In this document: positions 1 to 13,020 of the stretch, in pieces | How the letters are laid out: each line of letters starts with the position of its first letter | How positions within the stretch are numbered: position 1 is the stretch's first letter | DNA from: the human T2T-CHM13v2.0 reference genome, Homo sapiens | Assembly (NCBI RefSeq): GCF_009914755.1 | Contig: NC_060928.1 | Length of the DNA: 64,000 nt | Direction: 5' to 3' (one strand) | The notes under the pieces: generated by a model | The model's input: the letters and a program-made list of their open reading frames with translations, nothing else | Told to the model about the DNA's origin: nothing | The model's database searches: none | Program-made: the position numbers and the translations under genes

Positions 1-527
1 CCCAAAGGAAAATAAATTATTCTACCAAAAAGACATATGCACTTGTATGTTCATCACAATGCTATTCACAATAGCAAAGACTGGGAATCAAGCTGGAAGC
101 CCACCAATGGTGGGTTAGATAAAGAAAATGCAGTACATACAGATCGTAGAATACTATGCAGCCATAAAAAGTAATAAAATCACATTCTTTGCAGCAACAT
201 GAATGCAGCTGGGGGCCATTAATCCTAAGTAAACTAATGCAGGAACAGAAAATGAAATACAACATGTTGTCACTTATAAGTGGAAGCTAAATATTGAGCA
301 CACATGGACATAAACCTGGAAATAATAGACACTGGAAACTACTAGAGGGGGGAGAGAGGGAGGGGGGAATAGTTTAAAAAAACTGCTTATTGGGTACTGT
401 GCTCACTATTTGGATGATGGGATCCATATCCTAAACCTAAGCATCATGCAATGTCTCCATGCAGCCAGCGTGTACAGCCACACTGTACTCCCTGAATCAA
501 AAGTGAAAGTTGAAATTTTTTAAAAAG
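1..527 (+). mobile_element. LINE-1 3' end (ORF2 tail and 3' UTR), older L1PB/L1MA-type, truncated by window start
   Basis: Typical L1 3' motifs (gctattcacaatagcaaagact, cacttataagtggaagctaaa, G-rich tract at 346-367) ending in a short A-rich tail. Confidence 0.9.
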
Positions 528-3500
528 ATGCCCATCTTTTTAGTTAAACCAAAGTTATAAGCTTTAAATCATGAGAAGATTAATGATCTTACTGAGATAA
601 TCACGTTCATATGTAGTAGATTCAAAAGTGAGTTAAAATAATAGGTTGGAGGCTAAGCTTCCCCAGCTATCCCTTTTTGCCACAATGATAGATACCTTCT
701 TTCAAAATAGGAGTATAAATATAAAAGTCTTACAATTAATAGAGGAGAAAATATTGTCTGCATAAAGACAAAATGTAAATGGAGAGCATGTATGTTAACT
801 TCTAAAGGATAGTTCACATAAAGCTTGTGAACCCTTCGATATTAATAGATTTTGTTGATTGTCTAGTCTGCTTTAAGCTTTTCTTTTTTTGTTTAAAATA
901 CTCAATATGATATTATTTTTGACATGCTATGCATGTCCATAAGTTAATCGGGAATAAAGATACATGGATTTGGAAAAAGAGAAAACTGATTTCTAATTTG
1001 TGCTGCTAAGAGTAAATGTTTTCTTTAGAAAATGATCCAATCTCCTTACGTTGAACATAGCATTTATTTCCTGATGCATGCAGACCTAAACATTCAAAGA
1101 TATGTGTAGCTCCTAAACTTCTTAGACATTCTTTGAAGTGTTTAACGTTAGTTATTAATTCTGCTTGGCACCCTCTCCCCTACATCTTTTAGTCACAAGG
1201 TTTCAAAATAGCTTTTAAAAATTGAATGCCAAACTCTTTTATTTGTCCTTTTTCTTCTTTTCTAATGCCTTTAGTCTAATGCAGAGCATGATCTGAAGGC
1301 TTATGTACTATTTTGATGCTTAACTATTCTATAAAACAATGTATGTTGCCAAGTAGACAGGCTCATACTTCCTATATCAAACACAAGTCTTACTTCAGTA
1401 GTAGAATTATACGTGATAGTGAATTATCTCTATGCAGGTAAAATTTATATATTCCTCTTATTAGATCTTAATATTTCTAACCAAATTTATAACATTCTTC
1501 ACATTTCAGAGTTAATATGGCGAGACCAGCATCACTAAATCTAAGAAGAGAGAGAAACTGTTGGAGTGCCACATCATAATTCCTGGATAAAGATTTGAAA
1601 GACCATTAATATAAATAACACACATTTATCTCTGCATTAGCTTGAGCTGTTCATTTATGCAGCAGTATGTATGGAGTATCATGTAATTTGACCGTGTTGT
1701 ATGATAAACCTTTAGGATGAATTATAGATTTAAAACGACTATCCATTCTATAATGGGTGAACCAAGTAATGTAAGAATGAATCCATAGTGACAATTTAAA
1801 TTGGAATTCAAGAAAAAGAACACTTTATTTGCTTCATAAAAACCTGTGAGGCATTGCTATTGAATAACGTAAGCAGAATGCAGTCATATAAATCTTCTTA
1901 ATTTACATCTAGGGCTTTATTATGCATATTTGATAGCACTCTGAAGAACTTCAATTTACAGACTTTTGGAACTTTACCAATCCCAAAAGAAGTGCTAAAC
2001 ATGCCTGTTGGAACATTTAACTGAAGTAAGTCACTGGAGATTTTCTTAATGAGTGCAGAATTATCAGTTATTTGCATTCCTTGTAGATTTAAAGCTGTAG
2101 GGCCTATTAACAAGATAATGGCAAATGCATTTTGAATGCAGGTTTTTCTAAAACCATTCACTATCATGCACAATTCAGTATTATAAATTTTCAGGTATGC
2201 ATTGAATTTGAGTTACCATTTGTTTACCTCATCTAAATAGATTATATGATACAAATGGTCACATTTTGAATAGTATGCCAATAAATCAACTTAAAGAAAC
2301 ACCAGAGATTGACTAGTGACTAAATCTTGAGTGTGAGCTGATCTTATCACATAGCACGTTAATAACTGATTAGAGTTTACAAAGTAAAATGGTAAAATGG
2401 TAATTATTCCTATAAACGTGTGTTCAGAAAATCAAACTACTCCAATCTTCTCTTCAATGACCAGTTATAACCATTTTTCATCTTTTTAGGAAGTGTTCCT
2501 TTCAGAAAGTTTGGCATTAAATGTATGCACTGCACTTTTTAAAAACATAAGTGTTGTGCTTTATTCTTTTATCAACACTAAATTATGATTCATAATTGGG
2601 AGAGAAGCTGATCATGTAAAATTATAAAACTGACATTTGGTGAAAGAGAAACATTTATCTGTGATTATTTTGTATTAGCTTTAGCTTCCGTCTAACAGCT
2701 TAAATAATCTGCCTACCCATGTGTATAGTGGAATGATGAGTTTAATCTTAGACCACACACAATTGGGTAATTGATTTCCATTATGAAGCATATAATACAT
2801 TTGCCACAGTAAAATAGTGGCAACTAAGTAAACCACTAAAATTAGGATGCATTAGATGCAGCCATACACCATGCCAAATATATAGTAGTTTCAATTTTGT
2901 CAGGCAGATATGCTTTTATTTAATGTTATAGATGGCATGTGAGTCTCTTGAGTCTGAGGCATGGCCATGCCCTTTCTATAGAGTATTATCTTCATAAAAA
3001 GCACAATGATCAACATTATGTCTGCCCTTATCTCCCAGTGGAGGTTATTGTAACATGTTAAAAGGCTCTCCTTTCACCCCTGTTTTCAGTATGATGAAAA
3101 AAAAATCTCTGGAAGGTTTTCTTTCTTTCAGTTTTTGAAAATGCCAAAATGAAAACCTGTAGGCAAAGAAGAGAAATAGTTAATCCATGATTATTGATGC
3201 ACAGGTCCATTTTAGTTGTGTGGATGTTGATCTCATCTCTAATTCAGGTTTTCATGATTCATAAATGGGGTAAATATATTGCTACATAAATTTAAGCATA
3301 AGTGTAAGGAGCGAGCTAACAAGATCAATTGTCCATATTCACTTGTGTCACTATAATATTCTAGAAGAATTAATTACTCCAGTCTCAGGGTGACTCAAGT
3401 AAACACTAAAGTGTTATCTTCCCTGTGTCTGATGTGTTGAATGACTTGCAGACTTTTGAACTATCAGACTTGGGTTCGGTTTTAGCTCAATAGTATAAAG

Positions 3501-4729
3501 CTCCGCAATTTCATTTTCCTAGTATGCAAAAAGACAAACCTGTTTCCTCCTCTGTTACCATCCTGTAAGATTATTTTAAGTATTAAGAAGCTATGTATTA
3601 TATATATATAAAGTATATTTGAGGTGGAAGCTCTGAGAGCTATGATCATTTTTATTGAATTATGTTTATTATAATTGATATTATTTTCATTTTTGCTTGG
3701 GCTCCATTTTTAAATTCCCAGATTCCTGCTTGACTCCTCCAGAGGCATAACCCCTCAGTACTTCAGTATCAACATCTCTGAAGTGGATATTATGAAGCTG
3801 GTAAGAGATTTCTTCTACCAGCAAAAGATGCCTTCACCAAGTAAGCATTGGAAATGAGGGAAGTAAGACGAGAGCTTGACTCTACAGTTTAAATTAACAC
3901 ATAATGAACAAAATGAGTAGAGACCCATTTTTAATACAAATAACTGTGTCGGTATACATTGTAGTGCATATATGTAATATATGTACTTTATAGAGTGATA
4001 TGTATGCAATCAGACAATGGTACAAATGTTGAGTCACTGTTACTGGTATCGCTCACCAAATGAAGCATGGATGAGTTATCTGTACACATGTTGGCATCAC
4101 TCATTTAAAGACTCTCAATGAGAGAGGTTTCCTGTCAGATTAAATGCACACATATTAGCTTCCTGGTAGGCAAATCTTTAGTGTGGAGAGGGACTTGTTA
4201 GGCTAGCAGAGCCTGGTGGATTTTTAGCTCTTGTGTCACATAATTAAATCAATTTACACCATTTTCATGCTCATTAAGAAAACTTCCAATTGTAATTTGG
4301 CTTCCTGTGAAACCTGTTTTTGTGAGAGTGATGTTGAAGCTGATCAGATTCTAAGAAATATATTTATCATTATTAGAAAATAAATAGACATTGCAGCCTA
4401 TGTATCCTTTTCTTATAAGCTTTTTTATTATGAATTATAATTCTTAAATTTGATCACTGTGGGGAGAGAGATAATATCAAATTTCTGTGCCTTAAAGATT
4501 GAGGGTTAAAATTGCGATTGGCCAATTCACACAGAATAAAGCCCCCTAATGAGGGCCTCTCTGGGCAACCTGCTGGTTTCCCTGAGGTAATGTTTCTCTC
4601 ATAATTATGTTGCAGAATGTTCCATTTGGAATTGTATTCTCTAAGGCATAGTAACATATTCCTTGTCCTGTTTTGCAAATATCAGTTGAATGGATTGCCA
4701 TCTCTCTAATAAACTTGTCTAATAAAGCA

Positions 4730-4925
4730 TACAGGCTGAGTTCAAATCTTGTTCTACCTCTTACTATCTGGAAGACTTAAGGCAAAGTATTTGACTGTTC
4801 TTTGCCTCAGTTTCTTTACAAGTATAATAAATAATAATGGTACATTCCTATTAGAGTTTTATGAGAATTAATTGGATGAATGTTTGTAAGATGAAAGAAC
4901 AATGCCTGCCATTTAATAAACTTTT
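4730..4925 (+). mobile_element. MIR SINE
   Basis: MIR core-like 'gagttcaaatcttg...ggcaaagt...tttgcctcagtttcttt' and 3' 'agaacaatgcctg'. Confidence 0.7.
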
Positions 4926-4984
4926 ACACAAACTTTTGTTAGTGAAATAAACTACCCTTTGACTAGTTTCTATACATAAAATAG

Positions 4985-5395
4985 ATTCCCAAATTGTATT
5001 CATTCTGTCATTATAATGTCTCTTAAATTAGTGCCTGTTTCTTGAAATTTATCTCTACTGCTGATTCAATTTTTAAACTCGCATGTAAACTATTTTAATA
5101 TGTTCCACAGTTGTCAGCCTGCATAAAATATTTTCCCATTCTGATTTCATACTGCCTCAGAGCTATCTTAAGACATGCATCTGATCACTACACTTCCTCT
5201 CCTCATATTTAACACTCACTGAGTATTGCTTATACTCAGTGTTAGAATGAATTCTAAACTCTGCAGTAAGACATCCCAGGCCATCCACAATCTGTTCCTA
5301 ATCTCACTCGTCAGCCTCATTTCACATTATGCCCTTCAAAATCATTGCAATCTAATTACACTCTTCTGCTGGTCCCCAAACGCATCAACCAAGTT
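4985..5395 (+). mobile_element. LINE-2 fragment
   Basis: L2-like 'catactgcctcagagctatctt...catctgatcac...aattctaaactc...aggccatccacaatctg'. Confidence 0.6.
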
Positions 5396-5399
5396 TTCA

Positions 5400-5640
5400 A
5401 GTGGGAATCATAGCCACGTTGTTGTTAAAAGCCTGAGAGCTGAAGTCAAGTTTCCTCAGATTCCATCCCCCATGTAATAATTATTTGTTGGTGACCTTCG
5501 GCAAATCATTCAATCTCTTTATATTTTAATTTGCTAAGTTTTAATTTCCTAGGAAAACAATACCAGCCTGACAGAACTAATAGAGAGAATATGTGGCTTT
5601 TAGCACTCCACTTGCCACTCATTATGTGATTGGTAAAATG
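5400..5640 (+). mobile_element. MIR SINE (degenerate)
   Basis: 'gtgaccttcggcaaatcattcaatctct' MIR core. Confidence 0.5.
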
Positions 5641-6104
5641 TACTTGTCTCTTTTTAGGTTGCCTCGGTTGTTCCTTTAGACTGAAAGACCTATTTTCCAT
5701 AAGAATTTTTCCATTATGGAAGAGCTATGTCAAGTGCAAGTAATATGTCAAATATTTCCTGTCCCCCTAAAAGCAGCATAAGGTATTCCTGCTACAAACC
5801 CCATACATCATATTAATTTTACTTATATTTAGAATTCAGACTTCTTTTTTTTTTTTTTTCTTCTACTAGACAGTGAACTCTAGTAGAGTTCTGTGTGTTT
5901 AATCTTTCTATTCCCTACAGAAAGAGACCGTGTCTTTAATCTTTCTGTTCCCTACAGCCTATTGCCATCAGGAATGCTGCCTTAAAACGTAAGGTCCTCT
6001 AAGAATACGTTTTCTTTGCTTAAATCAAATTGAGAGAGAAAGACAAGTTAGGACTCCATGTCTTATATCCCGATGTATTTTTCACTTCCAGTTACCCATT
6101 GCTC

Positions 6105-6300
6105 TTTGTACATGGGTAGCGAGCTATGCGACTTTGGGAAAACAGCTCATCTCATCTAAGACTCAGTTTCTTCATCTATACTATGCTCATATGGAATGTA
6201 TCTATTTTAAAAGGCTGTCATGAGACTTAAATAAGTTGATTCACATAGCACAGTGATTGTTCCTGTAGTAAATGCTCAGCCATGCTTATAAACTATTATC
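6105..6300 (+). mobile_element. MIR SINE
   Basis: 'gcgactttggg...actcagtttcttcatctata...agtaaatgctcag'. Confidence 0.6.
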
Positions 6301-9059
6301 ATTATTAATTTTAGCTGAATTATTATTTGGGGTGAGAGTGAAATGAGGGTAGACAACATAATAATTCTGCATTTTCATGTCAAGTTTATAAAAAAATAGT
6401 GCTTTATGGTTTTCTCACTAAAATCTGAGAGACTAGGGTAATTGAGAAGTTGTCTGAGATTTGGCAATATTCAATATGAGTGCCCAGAATATCAAATGCA
6501 AATGTGTTTGCCCCCAAACAACCAAGGCAACTTAGAAAAAAATATATTACTTGTTATTTATGCTTGGTTCTGGAAATTTGTCAGCAAAAAGTAAAACTAG
6601 TCCAAAACAATTCCTCTAACAATATAACATACGTCTGATGTTTCAATATATAGGTAAGATGGTATATCATTTCCTTTGTTATTGCTAGTACATCATCTTG
6701 TGATTTGTATCATTATATAGTGAGATTCAGATTTATAGTTATCTCTTGAATGTTTTTATAATGATTTATGAAGGCAATGGACATAGGACTGAAGGACCAA
6801 AATTAAGATCTTCATTAATTTTCTTCATTCCATTTCCATGATGAATTTATTTCACCCTCTAACGTAAGCCCAATAACAATTCATGCTCATGCACGTAAGG
6901 AAAAACAACTAACTTACTATTTAAAATTTTTAAATTTTGCTTTCTTTTTTCCTGACACATTGTAATGATTAGTAAAGATTCTGAAAGTGAAATCTAAGAT
7001 TTACATGGTGTGCTCAGAAAAAAACACAGAGATTTGGTTCCATTGAGGCCTGATAGTCAACATCTCTAGGAGGGAGAGGCTTGAAATTCAAATTGTAGCA
7101 GTCTCCCCAGCTGGTTTTTATGTACATTCACAAGTGAGAATCAGTGAATTAGATTAATTGCAATTCAAAAAAATATGTATTTAGAATACCCTTGAATTTC
7201 AAACAGATTTATATGTGAGAAAAATTAAAACACTGTGAGAGTTATTTCCCTTATGGCTTGCTATGGTCATCACAGTTCTCAGAATTTTAGTATTGTTTCC
7301 AAGGCCAGTTTGCGTTAACAATCAATCCGGTACTATTTCATTCCATAAAGTGTTGTTCCGTTTTATACTGAATTTGCAAAGCTGTCTCAGCGGTTTTAAC
7401 CACTCTAGAAAGCAATTATAGATTTCTCTGTTTGCAGAGTGCCCTTTAAAAACTAAAGCATTTCACTGTAATCAGAGGTTTCTGTTACAAGTACCTTTCT
7501 AAATACACTCAATTCCCTTGTAAGTCTGGCCTTTAGGTTTTTCTGATGTTGTCAGCATGTGTAACAGGCACTATGTTTTACTCATCCTAAACAAGAGCAA
7601 TAAATATTTCATTCATTTAATTTTCTCTTGCTTTATTCTTTTCTTTCGTTGTTTTTTTCTTCTTTTTTATTTTTGAAGGCTGGGATTTGACTTTTTAAGA
7701 CATGATTCTATTCTACATTCAAATCTCCAGATAAGCTCATCAGGCCAGAGACTCACCTGATACCTGAAGAAATATCATTTGTTTGTCTAACTATGTTTCA
7801 ATAGGTTGAAAATTTAATTATTATTCAGTTAATCAGGTCAATGGAAACAGTCAATTTCTTCCAATTGCTTGTAACACACATACAAAACACCACACCTATA
7901 ACCAACAGCTCAGCAGTGTTTGTACTTCCAGAAATTTAAATTAAAAATAGCATATTTTTAAATTTAATCTAATTATTGGTTAAGTATTCTTAGAAATGCA
8001 AACAAACTAAAGAAAAATTTGAATTTAAATAATTTTCATATTTTATATCCTATTATTCCAATAAATTTACTGTGATCCATGTATTTTAGGTCATTTTTTT
8101 CAGCCTTCTATTTTTGAATTTTTTACTTTCTTTGTCTACAACTGTATATTTGGCAAGTTAACTTCATGATTAGCTGGCTTTAGTAGCTTTATCTGTTGTT
8201 ATGATAAAAACTGAAAACACAAGAAGATTGAATAATGCGACCTAAATTTGGAAAACTATGGTTGACACTGGCATATAAATTCATGATTTATCATATCTGT
8301 GAGAGAAATAAGGAAATTAATATATTGATAATCTGGGCTTGTTCTTTACTCATTTTAAACTCAAGTATCAAGACCAATGACCATTATATGATAAAAATAA
8401 GGAAGAACAACACTCTATGAGAGAAAAGAAAGGTGAAGATGACAAAAATACTCAGTAAACAAATAGGTGTGTGTGGGTACAGTTATTTCTTTGGCCACAT
8501 ACTAGCAGTGGGTTAGCACATGCGCTTTGGACAGATCCTTCAGAGAACGTGGTGCTCATGGTCTACACTTATCAAGATCCAGAAATGGAATAGTAACTAC
8601 TGTTAGGGCCAACTCTGGAAATTTTAGTAAGTGTGAAAATCGGTGCAACAAGGACATCTAATAAAGAGATACTCCTTACTCTACTATCTCCTCTAAAATT
8701 ATTCTAATTATAATATTAATCCATAAGACCAGATGAGTGCACATCACTAGGGAATCTAACCAAGGTGGAAGCATTGACCAGTAACACAAGGTAAACCTAC
8801 AGAGTTGACAGTTACCCAACTCATCCATCTTGCAATATTTTTGCAAGCCTGTATTGGCAGGGAGTCGGGGAGGGTAGAGAAGTCAAGGCATAGTGTCTAA
8901 TTTTAACTAGTGGATGCTTGTCATAGTCTTCTGTTCAGTTCTCTGGCAAGACTTGTGTTACTTATGATTCAGTCTTTGAAAATACCTGTAATCCAACTTC
9001 AATCTTGCACTTAGAGAAACCTGAAAAAATAATACAATTCAGACAAAACTGAAATATTA

Positions 9060-9992
9060 CTATACCTATTAGAATAGGCAAAGTCCAGAACAGTGTAGCA
9101 CCAAGTGCTGCTGAGAATGTGGAGCAACAGGAACTCTCACTCGTTGGTGGAAATGCAAAAAGTTATAGTCACTTTGGAAGACAGTTTGGGAATTTCTTAC
9201 AAAACTAAACATATTCTTACCATAAGATCCAGCAATCATGCTCCGTGTTGTTTACCCAAAGGAGTTGAAAATGTATGTCTACATGAAACCCTGCATACAT
9301 ATGTTGATAATTCATGTGAATTTATTCATAATCACCAAAATTTGGAAGCAACCAAGATGTCCTTCAGTAGGTGAGTGGATAAACAAACTGTGGTACAGTG
9401 GAACATATATGCAATGGAATATTATTCAGTGCTAAAAAGACATGAAAAGACACAAAAGAAACTTCAATGCATATTACTAAAAGAAGGAAGCTAAGCTGGA
9501 AAGGCTATATACTATACAATTCTCAGTATATAGTATACTGGAAAAGGCAAACCTATAGAGAAAATAAAACAGGTTAGCCAGGAGTTAATGGGGAAAGAGT
9601 GACAGGTGGATGGAGTGCAGAGGATTTTTAGGGCATTAAATCTACTCTGTATGATGCTATAATGGTTTATACATGACATTATACATTTGTCTAATGATGT
9701 AGAGTATACAGTTCCAAGAGCGAACGCTAATGCAGACTGTGGACTTTGGGTATTAATGGTGTGTCAAGGTGGATTCAATGTGGAGCAACAGGAACTCACA
9801 CTTGTTGGTGGAAATGCAAAAATTTATAGTCATTTGTAATGACTATTTGTAATAAATGTAGCACTCTCATGGGAATGTTGAAAATGGAGAGGTTATGCAT
9901 GAGTGGAGGAGGAGTTTATATGGAAATATCTGTACCTTCTACTCAATATTTGCTGTTAAGGTAAAACTGCTCTAAAACATAGTCTATTAAAG
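9060..9992 (+). mobile_element. Old LINE-1 3' end (L1MC-like)
   Basis: 'gatgtggagcaacaggaactc'-like, 'ttggaagcaaccaagatgtccttcagtaggtga', 'ggactttgggt...tgtgtcaa', ending 'aaaactgctctaaaacatagtctattaaa'. ORF 9238-9435 resembles the L1 ORF2 C-terminus (KIWKQPRCPSVGEWINKLWY). Confidence 0.85.
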
Positions 9993-11916
9993 AAAATATA
10001 GATTTTCTGTTTTGTTTTCTTTTATTTCTGTGGTTTATTTACAAGATCTTTTAGTAAATAATAATACTTTTTAGCAATACAGAGGTGAAGATTACTTGCT
10101 TATTTTATTAAAAGCAATCTTAGAGACTTTCAAACTTTAACAATTTAAAAATATAACCTTTATACAAAGATGTTTTTCACTATATTCTAAAATATTGATA
10201 ATACTAATCACTATAGAAATTTGCCATAATTCTATAGATCTTTTATCTGGTAGTCAAGTGTACACAAAAAATAATAGTTTATTGTTTAAAATATTTTATG
10301 TATTATTTTGATTTAGAAGTTTCTATCTGGCTTGCAGATATACTAAAAGCTTGACTTTTCCAATGGCTAATAATTTCTTTCTGCTCTTAAACACTCTCCT
10401 CATCTGTTACAATTATCTAAAGATTTTCAAAGTAATTTCTCAATCAGTTTTATAAATATTACTACAAAAAGGTATTAAATTAAGACAACGTTCCCCAAGC
10501 CTGTATCCAAGTTTTTGATACATGATGTTTATATTTTGCTTTTTTCCTTAAAGTCTTAGATGGTTTATAAAATCTAAATATTTTAATAAACATGAATGCA
10601 CATAAATAATGCTTGTACACATGTATATGCATGTCAAAATTAGCAATAAATTAAGGATATAAATAATTAGAATGAAATTTAGGACGAGGTTAAAATCTCA
10701 TACATTGGAATTATATGCTTAGAGGACCAGTATAATTGTCGCCCAGGAATGTGAACAATAATATTCAGCAATGCAGCACTGTCCAAAAAGAAACGTGAGA
10801 AAAAATAAATCCAGGCCTTGTGTTAGCATATCAGCCCCTGTATGAGAATGAGGTCTCAGAAACCCTTTAGATATCTATGTTCACTGGATAAAAATATGTC
10901 AGTGTGACCCAATGTATTAGGAAGTTGTTTGAAAATGATCCACCAAATGCATATATAAATTTGATAAAGACCATTTATATCTGCTTCCAGTTTCAAAACT
11001 CACTCATTTGGCACTATGTGAACATAAAACAGTCTAGGAGACTTGACTAAAAAGCAAGACTTTTGTCATAATTTGATAGATACATGAATCGTTTTTTAAA
11101 AGAACTCAAATTAGGGAAAAAGAATCTAAGCTTTTTTTTGTGGGCCAGTTGGGTTAAGGTACATTGTGGGACAGGAATAAATAGTGCCAACTTTCAATCA
11201 GTGGCTTCACTCACATGCACTACCATATACATATATGCTTGTGAGTGTCTGCATGTGTACACTCAGTTAATGGTCACCACTGCAGCAGTTCTAGATACCT
11301 TTCAGAGTAATTGTTCTTTCTTATATGGCTCAATAACCCAGGCTGCTTTCCTCTAATGTTTTATTCATCTCAGCATGAGGGCTTCTTCTTCAGCACAGCA
11401 GGAAAAGAGATAAAAGACAGTTCTATCAATCTACCTACCTATCATTTTTATTTCTTCCTTTCTTTTTCCTTCTCTTCCCTTCTCTCTCTCTGTCTCTCTT
11501 GCTCTCTTTGTCTTCTTTGTCAGAACTTCCAACATAAAGTAGGGAATACTGGAAATGACAATAATTTTCCTATTATATATTACTGAACATAGTTTTCTTT
11601 ACTACCTAGAAAATATTAAAGTGGTTCTGTTTATCATAATTGACTAAGAAAACTATAGCTAATTTTTTTTCTATTTTTAGTTTATATATAAAGTCAAGCT
11701 CACAAAATGATTAATTGGCTCAAATTTTATCACTAATCATTTACCATGGGAAACCTGTCCATATTTTGCTAAAAGTGTTAGTTTACTATCTCTCAATTGT
11801 CTCTTAGTGAAATGCCTGACCTACTGAAGAACTAAAGGCTTTGTTTAGCTCTCGAACACAACATGAACATTGCTCTAAGACATGATGTTTGGATGAGTAT
11901 TTCTCTCTTAGATGCT

Positions 11917-12195
11917 ATTTTTTTTAATTTCAACTTTTATTTTAGGTTCAGAAAGTACAAGGGCAGGTTTGTTACATGCTTATATTTTGTCATATTGAGG
12001 TCTGAAGTGTGATTGATCCACTCACCCAGGTAGTGAGGATCGCTCTCGTGGGTAGTTTTTCAACCCTTGCCCCCTCCCTTTCTTTCCCCTCTAATAGCCA
12101 CAAGTATCTGTGGTTCCCATTTTGATGTCCATGTGTACTCAATCTTTAGCTCTTATTTATAAGTGAAAACATGACATATTTGGTTTTCTGTTTTC
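11917..12195 (-). mobile_element. LINE-1 3' UTR fragment (L1PB/L1MA-type)
   Basis: Poly-T then 'caacttttattttaggttca...ggtttgttacatg...ttataagtgaaaacatg'. Confidence 0.85.
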
Positions 12196-12714
12196 AACAA
12201 ATATGTATTGACCATTGACTATGTGCATGAACTAAAATAAATAGTTTCATAGGTTAGTAGAGCAACGTTCCATAGCATTAGAATCTGGAGACTCACAATG
12301 GATCAGTTGATGACATTGGGATTTTAGAAATGATTATATTATATAGAATATGTTATTTTCTCTTTCACTAATTTTCCAGTGTCTTATACTGTGCCTAAAA
12401 ATTCATTAATCAGTTGCAGGCTGCCAAACACCATTTAAGACATAGATATACTACCAGACAATTAGGAATATATAACCTTTAAAGAATTTATCAGGACAAA
12501 ATTGAGTGGAATCCATTTTTGAGACAGTTATGCAGTGATTTTAACCCCTTTATCATGGGTATCTCAACAAAAAAAAGCACTTAATTTTTGTTCCTGGCAA
12601 TATACACTATTCCTTTTTTCAACTGCAGTTTTTCCCTTCTGTTCTGTAAAGCATTTTAAAAAATAGTTTATGTGATTTGTTTCACCTCTAACGATGTTTC
12701 TTATGTATTTACTT

Positions 12715-13020
12715 TTTTTTACTTTTAGTAAAATATATATCACATAAAATATGTCATTTTAACTATTTTTATGTACAATTCAGCGGCATTAATTATATTC
12801 ACAGTGTTGTAAAACCGTCACCTCTGTTTCAAAACTTTCCCAGAACCCAAACAGAAACTCTATTCCCATTAGACAATAATTCCCCATTTACCCTTTACTC
12901 CAGCCCATTGTCACATTTAATCCACTGTATCTATAATTTTGCCTACTCCAGATATTTCACATAAGTATAATTATATAATGCTTGTCCATTTGTGTATGCT
13001 TAGCTCATGTTTTCAAGGAC
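12715..13020 (-). mobile_element. Old LINE-1 3' end (L1MB/L1ME-like)
   Basis: 'tttttatgtacaattcagcggcattaattatattcacagtgttgt' and 'atatttcacataagt' L1M 3' antisense motifs. Confidence 0.7.

Noticed and set aside
5891-5957. ~37-bp-period tandem duplication ending in ccctacag (acceptor-like)
   Set aside because: An ordinary local duplication in an L2 3' end, with no donor partner evident.
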